Below are positions 30,401 through 38,516 of a stretch of DNA of 64,000 nt, piece after piece. The notes beneath the pieces were generated by a model, which saw only the letters and a list, made by a program, of their open reading frames with translations, did not search any database and had not been told where the DNA came from. Numbering within the stretch: position 1 is the first letter of the stretch; each line of letters opens with the position of its first letter. The stretch comes from a virus, in IMG/VR virus record IMGVR_UViG_3300007346_000025, positions 1 through 64,000 of that record; one strand, 5' to 3'. Made by a program: the position numbers and the translations under genes.

Positions 30401-32581
30401 TTGTTTCCACTAAGAAATAATGATAAGGTTACTAATTATGTAATTGCATTGCTTCAAACAAAAGCAGGATCTCTAGTTAAAAAATATGGTACTGGTCCTG
30501 AAGCAACAAGAGCATTTATTTCAGAATATAAAAACTCTATTGTAAACTATGTCTTCCAAAACTATATGTCAAACTTTATTGACGGTAAAGGAAACATAGT
30601 AAATGTTCCTACAGAGTATAAAGAAATGCCTGTAAAAATTAAAAAAGGAATTAAGAATGGAGCTCAAGTAGTTGATAATGTTGTCTATATAGATGAAGCT
30701 AGAATTTCTAAAGACTATGCTGAAAAATTATTTGCAGCAGAATCTGAAGCAGAAAATAGCTATAGAGCCCGTGGTCTTAGACCATTTAGAGCAGCAGAAA
30801 ATGTTTTTCCAACTGAATCTAGCTTCTTTAAATATGTAGTAGAAAGAGAGTATCAAAGATCTATGATACCTTTAGAAAAAGCATTGGAAAATAAAACATT
30901 TAAATATCTTAGAAATGTACTTAAATCATCTATTAAAGATGTTAAAACATTAAATGAACAAACTTATGAGGCATTTTTAAATCAAAGAGCTATGATCTTT
31001 GCATTTAATAGAGAAGCTCTTATGAAAACTATTAACTATTCTTATTCAGATCAGTTAATGGCATTAATTAGAGAATTCTCACAACTCAAAGATAAGTACC
31101 CAATATTAAATCAACTTACTAAACCTGCACTTAAAACAGGTGAAAAAGTAATCTCATTAAATGACTCCAGAATGTTAAAAGATCCACAGCTTGCTGAGAT
31201 CTATTATCAGAACATTAAAGATCTTGGGGATCCTACAGTTAAAAAAGTAGCTTTAGAATCAGACAATGAAAGAATAAGTGAGATGTTTGGTATACTTCCA
31301 TTAGTAGCTGTCTACCAACACGGTATTGGTTATAGCAGATTTGGATTTAATGAAGCACTTCCTTATGATAAATTCTTAGAAGTAATGGATTCTGCATCAA
31401 AGATATTCTTAGAAAAACAACTTAATAATGCTACTCTAGGAAATATCTATTTAAAGCTAATGGATCCTAAGAATAAATTATTTAAAGACTTTGTGGTTTC
31501 TCCAAAAGACTTTAATAATCCTACAGAAGAAACATTAGAACCTGAAGTTACAAATGAAGAGGTTGATGTTGAAGAAGAGGTTATTACTACACCATCAACT
31601 CAATTAGATTCTGAAAATACAATTAATATCTATGCAGGTACAGGAGAGAATGCTGAGTTAAGTAATTTTGCTGTAAGACCTTTTTCTCCAGTTATTGATG
31701 GAGTAGAATTAGGCCAATTTAACACTGTTGAGGGAGCATTTCAAGCAATGAAAATACTTAACTACTCAAGTGATAGACAAGTACAGACTGATAAATATAA
31801 AGCATTAAAAACAGCTACTGGTGCAAATGCTAAAGCTATAGGTCAAAAGGTTACTGGTTTAGACAAAAAATCTTGGGATAAAAATTCTTCTAGAATTATG
31901 AAAGAATTATTATTACAATCATTCCAACAAAATCCAGACGTTCTTGCTAAACTTCTTGCTACAGGTAATGCTACTCTCACTCATGTAGGTACTGAAAAAC
32001 CTAATAGATGGACTACAGAGTTTCCTAGATTACTAATGGAAGTAAGAGAAGAACTAGGTGGTACTCAACCTACAGAAATAAATCAAAAAATAAAAGATAT
32101 TATTGATAAAAGTAATTTAGAAAAAGATGAATATGAAGTAGTATTAGTTAATGGTGTTCAAACTTTTGTTGATTTAAGATTAATGCCAGAAAGCATTAAA
32201 AAAGGATATGGTGTATACTATTCTTTACAGAAAGATGGTTTACTTAAAAGAGCGGGTAAAAAAATAATAGTTCCTGGATATGAAGATATACAACTAATAT
32301 ATGATCAACTTGATGGTTCAATAATAGAATTAAGCACAGGATTGTTAATTCCAACACAAGAAAAAACACAAAGTAAAGTTATAAATGAATTACAGGATAT
32401 GTTTGAATTTAGAAATATTAGACTCGTATTAGAAAAATCTGATAAAATAACTGCTAATGAACCTAATACTGTTATCTCAAGTTTGGAAGGTCTATCTACT
32501 CAACCTACTCAAGAAGAATCTAAGAAAAATGCACCGGAAGGTCTACCTCCAATTGACAGATCTATAGACTCTTGTAGTTAA
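21491..32581 (+). CDS. Virion-packaged DNA-dependent RNA polymerase (crAss-like, phi14:2 gp66-like) with zincin and NADAR domains
   Basis: Catalytic GSDFDVDK at 28841-28864, preceded by RIPVQGLNSM; GDGQGW motif; HEAWH at 24353-24367 with downstream EEILAE; NADAR-like region about 31620-32060. Confidence 0.88.
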   Translation: MKITCALSQNQIKNLYSNVYGNMLSSLKEDTPFDVNTYMASVFDKISQKSSPENAAKFVQQIPKMVSVAANREDLFDLEIDLNAVRKLVKEFANEDTGIESVMKRFAPKKSSSTKKELTNKKANEAFDPTQTEDKPAETRPLSLKPFSIFNTSYQEFEAIDPKAKEEGYQEVADETKEFIYTALGKIAAANTDLDNAMDTAQYQGKELRLKPIVLASAPVEMLDKYSTRIKNVSTFFRNSNKKNNRVIQATEIILMAISDEQGQLLYFDNEGNIVDTPEQGRVVYQFLRNVIQENGKYVDVNIYGYSNQIASPEEISKATGVPVEEVAKNQQADFKALYDYKKSILDGNIALAPLTGISEGVSPKQSKQIITLANINQFPFGSDSIFKSIKPVKTPRGIFKDGDTTITIEGTEYKIDRPNATDDIINKVADVFSNPNISNKQKYNFYLQFFSKKASPYTRRHNVEYAESTDELIFTYSPTTYAEKYSKFQPIDNLNTPEAKELIVDILKNASGTKGKYFSAKMNYDETNLSKNGFLDYNLETRTVDEEFSNYIELLKTLPRTTIYFSESSDPKKFNAYMNFRIPTEFIKNVEKAKENPALVEPSPTRKQKNILVDYLKGQPKITQNLKLNVSATTKKGMENISNEDSEIKNIDESKFKRLTNTNESENGFSVEDGILRIRVGGLDVFGRTGGATQISLKVPEGFNPNLFAEKLKDISHEGGITTPEAVNQVITDIKNALNPNVTTDISKQGVVNTSAAGNEFGTFNITSPVTGESLVVALDKKFFKEAPLLTVGTPVSLALTTSETEDMYIPDIIEVRNSEGKTIGRVMETDYGKKETPLDNYYRELKKQRSKTIEEKIEESTNTKGTANPKDGLAGKFFLRSGHLQYDATPEQVKKADSWWNTSDLNKYLSFEQGVAIVNSDAFARFIAYGSILNGKLGMIQIANKGSMVDIYHEAWHGFSQLFLTPEEKTRLYKEVQRKLGRNKKLSFFDIEEILAEDFRTYAKNPKALEDSPERNSIFRRILNFLKELLGIGSVTNVTDIKKVRELYNNLYFNENLNQYTPSIDNVMFDLLNRNSGLQTLADENIQALNRQDATTVKNSMDSIISKLTDNLYSERKEDIEQLGQNKSATTKLLEDPRNRNALYSYIFDQLDTRRIELQDQLDNLEDDTKNFLEKQKLENNIRILTAALDNWGNQSNGMIKYHIENSDFNLLREKFVEMTPEQEDAVEDVEDTDTEPTAAEDTERVGDKKIGDRSLLELADKEVVYILKSLFKKDRSGKVILNELGFEELVDFRSTWNNVVRTIGGEQDPIEQYKLLKDAIKIHPEFEQLVNFKLADPNPDSENASNNLYEAKATTAFWQTFSKPRVPLLQSTIFTNGITQITEASIEAVDILRGFENKFKADINNAYIIRRNEDNVPMLALQALVEDFSDKNGNLDDTKYYEFARRLGIYLDDITIIKRALTKNQKAAEEYGLPYIFKTVKKVADLEVNPNATEKQLKFVEDFKKNPIFYLRTQIPAGIISNKEETQKYALKKLAELQSKYGLDTSNFGVLNAEGNTVYELIEKSTASKIAYAINKAEKLSDLWNSSTLKYMSYLNPAINTFTNNSRFLKTIFDFNDPEFTKRSDKELELFLSSGTQQIVNEEFGIKDGNNTTSLDTTSKFLQEMNSMLKAGVQEFIRHASKSSAFGLRVSGDIIGRPGKLDSDPRLWIDIDMFADNTADSYALKTHIVPYIATEANRIYKFKQNRTEFEKYQGYNNETPSGKMAGEVFTAFDNVLRPSTKQAIYSAIDNAILNKEYFDFISFIKTDQTGLADKIRTDVLDYFNELTEENYNILQETNYISPDIINRLKKFNLSKEEQDKLLTRAYTFNSWIHNFETINLMYGDMAQYNHIKEELHKRNTGLTSTGRSFRTDIAAQNLVKGALRKNSYAEKKGFNYVEYDGTLNTAIIQDIERSSVYLPVIEKALIEDYTNKLKETIKDPAKLTEAVEYRVKKDLDAYKKMVEGDGQGWVTFDTYRILKNLENAWSYEQEELFTKITDGEFVSPTEIIQMFPVYKIQNFGHLANTGLPVNAMHKFALAPLIPSMIEGSDLQSLHEQMMANNIQYVTFQSGSKVGSVTSEKDSKGKAAADIIYKDDEMKNLNRDINFTPNTIYVDYLKNVTNVNSSYKEKATFSTQLRKLILGSMYREGKIINPNNEATVKEYEKTVDEYTKLLKFELLNEIGYEEVDGKYIGNLTNFLDLVQRELGRRKLPEHHIEFVGQNLDSTLKTDLSLHLRADDIEKILVSLIEKRFIKQKVKGEALVQVSSAMTNGIWSTPTFKKATAEEIRKYIGTNNLPFYNPSKDGTSAMKVAIALQGDFIKLLRRKDVAVIDTVDGKRTLNKKASLAKLNQLIKDEAWLENNRDLIRMSAVRIPVQGLNSMEFMEVYEFLDPAASNIIITPTEIVAKSGSDFDVDKLITFMPNIDNRGMFIKSGMSEEQFQDFVKRNKNNKDRVKETIKTQKSALENKLITTINNILALPDNYANLVRPNSTYLLKDIADKLQDFVSEYDRFKNKLGQEYVTITDKEDKKVKVISPTRTLETGYNLHKHDVNLTGKKVLGITAIENSLNPILNSLGAAMPKTYKHSYYDNAIKKWVETDTTYNTNLYLPHRKMADGRISLSHTESLDGDSISDVLSQMMNGLVDVEKDAWIFFIQANLEIAPTLLYLIKAGVPKEHAIMFVSNPLVRDYAKNKRLYNSAYSELSGRKLDDKSYAQYQAATDVIISQLPTLIEDQLSNIRDTETIYVRTGRFNPYLQEMEYEDIPMTKLQLIQKVKDKNFAESFINVRKDSKKGGIIFNKPSISNKKYYLDTKFYTQAYINKNKEFDLDLMKRVILDPKSSKYRGAAMAMFMHFIEIEKQIRGLQTLKRLANPDTRTSKTLEEVIRRGVSLEELKELSKVDPELVRKLVEESILGSFFDNKLIGELVKPLFPLRNNDKVTNYVIALLQTKAGSLVKKYGTGPEATRAFISEYKNSIVNYVFQNYMSNFIDGKGNIVNVPTEYKEMPVKIKKGIKNGAQVVDNVVYIDEARISKDYAEKLFAAESEAENSYRARGLRPFRAAENVFPTESSFFKYVVEREYQRSMIPLEKALENKTFKYLRNVLKSSIKDVKTLNEQTYEAFLNQRAMIFAFNREALMKTINYSYSDQLMALIREFSQLKDKYPILNQLTKPALKTGEKVISLNDSRMLKDPQLAEIYYQNIKDLGDPTVKKVALESDNERISEMFGILPLVAVYQHGIGYSRFGFNEALPYDKFLEVMDSASKIFLEKQLNNATLGNIYLKLMDPKNKLFKDFVVSPKDFNNPTEETLEPEVTNEEVDVEEEVITTPSTQLDSENTINIYAGTGENAELSNFAVRPFSPVIDGVELGQFNTVEGAFQAMKILNYSSDRQVQTDKYKALKTATGANAKAIGQKVTGLDKKSWDKNSSRIMKELLLQSFQQNPDVLAKLLATGNATLTHVGTEKPNRWTTEFPRLLMEVREELGGTQPTEINQKIKDIIDKSNLEKDEYEVVLVNGVQTFVDLRLMPESIKKGYGVYYSLQKDGLLKRAGKKIIVPGYEDIQLIYDQLDGSIIELSTGLLIPTQEKTQSKVINELQDMFEFRNIRLVLEKSDKITANEPNTVISSLEGLSTQPTQEESKKNAPEGLPPIDRSIDSCS

Positions 32582-32600
32582 AAATTCGTATATTTATATA
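32582..32600 (+). promoter_or_regulatory. TTCGTATATTTA promoter-like motif
   Basis: Same GTATATT core (G at 32588) as upstream of 6515, 12294, 56080 and 56775. Confidence 0.55.
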
Positions 32601-32611
32601 AATAAGAAACA

Positions 32612-35600
32612 ATGCCTTGTAAGACTCAAATAAAAAACAAACTAACCGATCAAGTATATGATCTCGCACAACCTGGTTTAGGTATGTCTCAAGCTAATGC
32701 TAATGCACTTGCTGCTGATATAAATAGAAGTTTTGGTACACAGGTGGTTAGATTTAATAGTTATGTTACAGATGATCTTCTTGAAATGGATATTAATATC
32801 CCGCAAAGTTTAATAGATGTTTACTATGATAATGAACTTATATTAGAAGCAAAAGAACTAGAACAAAGCATTGAAGATGCAAGAAGAGCTCAACAAGAAG
32901 ATGCTGCTCGTTCAGGTGTAGAATATACAGATCAGTATTTATTTGATAATTCTTCTGCGGTAGAGGTAGCACTCTCCAGAGAAGGTATTGAAAGAAGGAG
33001 AGATATACAAATAGCAGAAGCACTTGGTGAGAAATATAGTAAAGCATTTAATATTCCTTATCAAATTATTACTGAGGGTCAAGCTATAGAAATTTTATCT
33101 GAAAGCCCAACACCATATAAAGGTAATATGTCTTCTTTTTTCTATGGGGACATAGTATACTTTGTTGAAGGTAAGTTTAAAGCCGGTAATGTAGTGCATG
33201 AGTATGCACACCCTTTAGTAAAAGGTATTCAGTTTCAGAACCCAAAGTTATTTGATAACTTATTTAATCAACTTAGTTTAAGTGAAACCGGAAAAAGAGC
33301 TTTACAGATTGTAAAAGAAAGATATCCTGAACTTGGAACAGACACGGTAAGATTTAAAGAAGAAGCCATTGTTACTGGAATAGAATTAGATTCTAATAAA
33401 AAACTGGATGAGACTATCAAAGATGATAATTTATTCCAAAGATTCATTACTAATGTAATGGCAGCTATTAAAAAAGTTTTAAGGGCTTTATCCACTAAAG
33501 TAAATCTTAAATCTTTGGATTCTACCACTACTAGAGATGAATTAGTTGATATGCTATTAGATGAAGACTTTGTAATTGAAGATTTAGAATATCAATTGTC
33601 TTTACTTCCAGAGTTTAAAAAAGAAGCTGAAAGTTTTCTAAATGATCTAGAAAAAGCTAAGAGTAAGGAACTTCTAACTGTAATTGATAGATACTATGAT
33701 AATGTTAACTTTCAACTTAATAAATTACGTAAGTCTCCTGATCAAGTAAAAAGTTTATTAGAAGGAAAAGTTGGAGAAGATATTTTAAAAAATATTGAAT
33801 CTTTTCTATCCCCATATATTGTAAGAAGTAAAAACTTAACAGCTGAGGAAGTTGAAGAAATTATCAATGCTATTGAAGAGAGTGAAGAAGATACTAGACT
33901 TAGAGCAATTGCATTTGTAAACAGTTTAGCTGAATCACAAGTTTATGCTGAAAGAATTAATAATGCCTTAGAAAAATTAGTTAGTACAAAAAGACACCTA
34001 ACACCAGAAGGAATTACCCAGGTAATTTACTATAAAGATATGTTGTCTGGACAATTTGCATTTTTTGAAGAAGCTGTAAAACAGTTAAATATTCCAAGAG
34101 ATAGTTCTATTATTCAAAAAATTCTTTCTGTAAAACAAGTTATCAAAGATGATCTAGAAGAAATAAATGAGATAATGTTTGATTTTTCTAAAGATTTAAT
34201 GAATGATGCTACTAAAAATATGCAGGAAAATTTAAATGCAGAATTTAAAGATAGGATAACTCAAATACTTAAAGCAGACGGTTTTAAAGAGGCTGATATA
34301 AATAAATTTTTAAACTCTGTTATTGATCTGATTGATATAAATAATAAAAAAGATTTTAAGGAAAGTGAACTTAATGCTTTACTTCCAAAAGCTTCTCCAA
34401 GAATAAGGTATATATTGAGAGCTGTAAAAAAATATGTAACAAAACATATTACACCAGATGTTATTCAAGATTTTCTTACAGGATATACACAAGATATTGG
34501 TCAAATTGGTTCTAGTTTGGTTCCACTTGGTAATATTGATGATGTATTAGGTGCTGTATTTAACTTTATGAAAGATAGAGCTGCAGATACAGATGTAGAA
34601 TCTCAACGTCAGTTAAATCAAATGGCTGATAGTTTATATCCATTCTTAGAAAAAGTAGGTTGGAATCCAAATAAAACTACTCAGCTTGGTGACCTTTTAT
34701 TATTTAAGGATACTGTTAAATTAGAAAGAAATGGTGAGTTAGTTGAAAAAGAAGTATACTCTTTTATTGATAAGTTTAAAAACTATAGAGCTGATAAAAC
34801 CCAATTAGAGTATGATCTTAAAAGAGCTAGAGAATTAAAGGATCAAGAACTTATTGATAGAGCAACTGAAGCTTTATGGGATTTTCATGAAAAATATATG
34901 CATAGAACTTTTACTCCTGAAGTGTATAAAGTTTTAAATATGTTTAAACAAGAAAATACTGTTATACATCCAGAAACAGGTGAAGTTTTAACGGTATCTA
35001 AAGAACTTTCTATGGAAGCATACCGAGAAAGAAAGAAAGCTTTAGAAACTTTAAATACTCAGAATAAAAGAGACTTTACAGAACTTGATGATTTGTTTGA
35101 TTACAATGAAGCTAGTGTAGCTAAAATACAGTATGAAGAACTATATAGTGTTATTGAACCAACAACCGGTGAATACAAACAAGGTGATGAATTAAAAAAA
35201 GTATTACTTAGAATTAAGTATAGAAATGATTCTAGAAAATTCTATGACTTTGATGTAAACTATGATAGAGTTCAAAGAGATCTAGATAATTTTATTAATG
35301 TAAGACTTGCAGCTAGAGGTATTACTCTTGATGCTACACCAGAAAGATTTCAAGCAGAGTTAGATAGATATCTACGTAAAAATTTTAGAGTTGCATACAC
35401 TGAAGAATATTATAAAGAATTAACAGCAATTTTTAATGAAATAGCTAGAATTAATGCTAAAGCTTCTGAATCAGATGTATCTAAAAAACTTGCTAGTTTA
35501 TATGATCAAAGAAAAACATATGTAAATATGGTTACTGATAAAGATGGAGAACCTAATGCTCTTAATCTTGACAGAGTTCAAATTGATCAAGTTAAACTTA

Positions 35601-38485
35601 TAGAAGATGAAATTGTTTCATTACAAAGTCAATTTGATAAAGCTTCTGGATTAACTAAAGAAGAAGCTGCTAGGTTACAGTTTTATGAAGTAAGATATAT
35701 TTCTAAAGGTAAAACTAATGAGTTATCTGATGAACAAAAATTAGAGTACTATAATCTTTCTAACAAATCAAATAAGTTTGGTTTATCTTCACAAGAAATG
35801 ACCAATTTAAGAAACTTATATAGACGTTTATCTGAACTTACTGATTTAATCCCTACTGATTATTATTTTGAAGCTTTTAACACAGCTGTAAATGGTGTTG
35901 ATATAGAGGAAATAAATTTTGAAAATGCTGATCAATGGATTAATTCTGATAATGTAGTATTAGCAAAAGCAGAAAGTGAAAGATTTGCAGAATGGTTTGA
36001 TAGAAATCATTATCAAAAAATGGTATATAATCCAGAAATAAATAGATATGAGAAAAAATATTTTAGAATTAAAGTATGGAGTGTATCAAGACCAACTGAC
36101 CCAAGATATTACAAAAAAACAGAAGTAATTAATCCTGCAACAAAAGAAAAAATAGAAGTATCTGGTGTTCCAGTTTCTAGATACACTATATCTAAAATTA
36201 AAGATAAATATAGAACAGGATATAATCCACAAACTAAAAAAGTTGAACTTAAAGTTGGAGTTCATATTAACAATAAAGGACAGTTTTTACCAAGAGAGTA
36301 CAATCCTAGTTTAGAAAATTCAGCATATGATAATAAGTATATGAATGAAAAGTATTATAAATTAAATACTAATAGTTCTACTTATAAATTACTTCAAAAA
36401 GTTAAAGAAGAATTTCTAAAAATTCAAGAAGGATCAGGAGAATATGAAAAATTATATTTAGATCTTCCAAGATTTAGAAAAAGAACTAATCTTGAAAGAA
36501 TTCAATCTGGTGATATACAAAGAAAGGGGGCTGCTTTTAAAGGAACATTGAAAGATGTTAAAGCCTCATTTAAAGCAGCAGAGGATGATCAAGACAAAGG
36601 TTTTAATGCTAATATTGATCCTTCATTTGTTCCTACGGATATGGATGGAAATCCAATATCAAGAATCCCAGTTCGTGGTCTATTTGCATTAGATGTTACT
36701 GAAACTTCTACAGATGTGTTAAGAGCACTTGGAGAATATATGTATTCAATAAATAAAACTAATGCACTTAAAAAAGATGAACCATTGTATTTAGCACTAA
36801 GAAATGTTTTATCTGATCCTAAAAATGCTGCTAAAAATATTAATCAAGCAAGTTCTACTCTTAGAAACTCTGGGTTAGGTGTAATGAGACTTCTACCTAA
36901 AAGTGAAAACCGTAAACTTAGACTTTTTAATGAAATACTTGAAAGAGAACTTTATGGTCAAGTAACTGATGATTTTCAACAAAATTTTAAATGGTTTGCA
37001 AAAGCTAGTGGAAAAATAATGGGTTTAGCAAGTTTATCTTTTTATGCTTTAGATGTTCAATCTGCAATGAAAAACAGATTTGGTATGACTGTGCAGAAAA
37101 TGATTCTTGCAGCTGGAGGCAGATTTATTAATACTAAATCATTAGCTACTGGTAAAATAAAAGCAGTTAAAGCTATGACAGAACTTACAACTTCTGGAGT
37201 ATATGAAAGAGGAGCTAAAAGTTTAAATATGCAAATGATGGATGCATTTGATTTAATACCTGGTAGAGCTCAATCTGATTTTGCACAATCTCTTACAAGA
37301 ACTATCTTATCAGATGCTAGTAATGCAACATTTTTATATGATTTTAGAAGATGGGTTGCAAATGAAGCATCATTAGAAGTTGGATATGCAGTACTGGATT
37401 ACCAAATGATAGAACAAAAAATGCCTAATGGTAAGTCTAGAATGATTCCATATTCAGAAGCTTTTGAAATAGGACCTGATAAATTATTAAAACTTAAAGA
37501 TGGCATTAATCCTGAATATGGTATGACTCAAATTAAACATACTTATGTTGATGGAGAAACCTATGAAGATTTGGCTAAGATGTATAACACAACTGTAGAA
37601 AATCTTAAGGATTACAATAAAGTAGAAAACTTATCTGAGTTAGACCCTGGTACAGAAATAATAATTTCCAATGCTAAAGAATTTAAAAATATACGTAGAA
37701 GATTAGCTGGTATAAATAAAAAACTCAATGGATATATTATAAGTATTGATAATCCGTCATTAAGTAGAAACTTACTATATAAACTATTTACTTATTCACG
37801 TAACTATGCTACGGGAATGTTTTTACAAAGATTTCAATTTGATACAGATAAAGATAATTTCTTTGGAGAAGTATATGACTGGGATTTAGATACTACATCT
37901 AGAGGTTTTTATATTACAGGAACTATTGCAATTATTAATTTAATTAGAGACTTTCAAAAATATAAAGGAATAATGACTGCTGATGAAGTAGCAGCTGTTA
38001 AACAAATGATATTTGAATTTGCATATTTATTCTTACTTGCTGCTGCTATTTATTTTGTATTTGGGTATGATCCTGGTGATGAAGATAGATGGGAAAAATT
38101 AAAAGGAAGAGAAGAAGAATACGGTAAGGCTGGTTGGATGGCTAATCAAATTCTTTATCAATTAATTATGGTAAAAAGAGAAAATGAAACATTTATTCCT
38201 ATACCAGGAGTAGGTTATGATGAATGGACTGAATATGTATCTACATCAACTATTGCTCTAGGACCTACACTTGAAGTTTATGAAGATCTTGCAGTAGATT
38301 TGTATCGTCTCTTAACAAACAGTGAAAAAGCATACTATAAACAAGATGTTGGTCCATATAAATGGCAAGAAAAAGGTTCTGCAAAAATATGGAATGATAT
38401 AGGTAGAGTATTTGGTATTAAAGGTAAAAATGTTTCACCAGTATGGGCAATTAAAAAAGCTGAAATGGCTGAAAATCTTAAATAA
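32612..38485 (+). CDS. 1957-aa ejection protein with N-terminal zincin, LysM domain and C-terminal hydrophobic helix
   Basis: HEYAH at 33197-33211 plus EEAIV; LysM-like HTYVDGETYEDLAKMYNTTVENLKDYN...LDPGTEIII about 37538-37666; FAYLFLLAAAIYFVFG about 38018-38066. Confidence 0.7.
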   Translation: MPCKTQIKNKLTDQVYDLAQPGLGMSQANANALAADINRSFGTQVVRFNSYVTDDLLEMDINIPQSLIDVYYDNELILEAKELEQSIEDARRAQQEDAARSGVEYTDQYLFDNSSAVEVALSREGIERRRDIQIAEALGEKYSKAFNIPYQIITEGQAIEILSESPTPYKGNMSSFFYGDIVYFVEGKFKAGNVVHEYAHPLVKGIQFQNPKLFDNLFNQLSLSETGKRALQIVKERYPELGTDTVRFKEEAIVTGIELDSNKKLDETIKDDNLFQRFITNVMAAIKKVLRALSTKVNLKSLDSTTTRDELVDMLLDEDFVIEDLEYQLSLLPEFKKEAESFLNDLEKAKSKELLTVIDRYYDNVNFQLNKLRKSPDQVKSLLEGKVGEDILKNIESFLSPYIVRSKNLTAEEVEEIINAIEESEEDTRLRAIAFVNSLAESQVYAERINNALEKLVSTKRHLTPEGITQVIYYKDMLSGQFAFFEEAVKQLNIPRDSSIIQKILSVKQVIKDDLEEINEIMFDFSKDLMNDATKNMQENLNAEFKDRITQILKADGFKEADINKFLNSVIDLIDINNKKDFKESELNALLPKASPRIRYILRAVKKYVTKHITPDVIQDFLTGYTQDIGQIGSSLVPLGNIDDVLGAVFNFMKDRAADTDVESQRQLNQMADSLYPFLEKVGWNPNKTTQLGDLLLFKDTVKLERNGELVEKEVYSFIDKFKNYRADKTQLEYDLKRARELKDQELIDRATEALWDFHEKYMHRTFTPEVYKVLNMFKQENTVIHPETGEVLTVSKELSMEAYRERKKALETLNTQNKRDFTELDDLFDYNEASVAKIQYEELYSVIEPTTGEYKQGDELKKVLLRIKYRNDSRKFYDFDVNYDRVQRDLDNFINVRLAARGITLDATPERFQAELDRYLRKNFRVAYTEEYYKELTAIFNEIARINAKASESDVSKKLASLYDQRKTYVNMVTDKDGEPNALNLDRVQIDQVKLIEDEIVSLQSQFDKASGLTKEEAARLQFYEVRYISKGKTNELSDEQKLEYYNLSNKSNKFGLSSQEMTNLRNLYRRLSELTDLIPTDYYFEAFNTAVNGVDIEEINFENADQWINSDNVVLAKAESERFAEWFDRNHYQKMVYNPEINRYEKKYFRIKVWSVSRPTDPRYYKKTEVINPATKEKIEVSGVPVSRYTISKIKDKYRTGYNPQTKKVELKVGVHINNKGQFLPREYNPSLENSAYDNKYMNEKYYKLNTNSSTYKLLQKVKEEFLKIQEGSGEYEKLYLDLPRFRKRTNLERIQSGDIQRKGAAFKGTLKDVKASFKAAEDDQDKGFNANIDPSFVPTDMDGNPISRIPVRGLFALDVTETSTDVLRALGEYMYSINKTNALKKDEPLYLALRNVLSDPKNAAKNINQASSTLRNSGLGVMRLLPKSENRKLRLFNEILERELYGQVTDDFQQNFKWFAKASGKIMGLASLSFYALDVQSAMKNRFGMTVQKMILAAGGRFINTKSLATGKIKAVKAMTELTTSGVYERGAKSLNMQMMDAFDLIPGRAQSDFAQSLTRTILSDASNATFLYDFRRWVANEASLEVGYAVLDYQMIEQKMPNGKSRMIPYSEAFEIGPDKLLKLKDGINPEYGMTQIKHTYVDGETYEDLAKMYNTTVENLKDYNKVENLSELDPGTEIIISNAKEFKNIRRRLAGINKKLNGYIISIDNPSLSRNLLYKLFTYSRNYATGMFLQRFQFDTDKDNFFGEVYDWDLDTTSRGFYITGTIAIINLIRDFQKYKGIMTADEVAAVKQMIFEFAYLFLLAAAIYFVFGYDPGDEDRWEKLKGREEEYGKAGWMANQILYQLIMVKRENETFIPIPGVGYDEWTEYVSTSTIALGPTLEVYEDLAVDLYRLLTNSEKAYYKQDVGPYKWQEKGSAKIWNDIGRVFGIKGKNVSPVWAIKKAEMAENLK

Positions 38486-38516
38486 AAAAAGGGGGTCATT
38501 AACCCCCTTTTCTTTT
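38484..38516. terminator. Bidirectional intrinsic terminator between the convergent gene blocks
   Basis: AAAAGGGGGT-CATTA-ACCCCCTTTT hairpin flanked by A and T tracts. Confidence 0.9.

Noticed and set aside
652-33528. Numerous 60-130 aa antisense or alternate-frame ORFs inside the large + strand genes
   Set aside because: They are fully nested, and their composition (F/S/L/I-rich) mirrors the sense-strand codon bias; treated as shadow ORFs.
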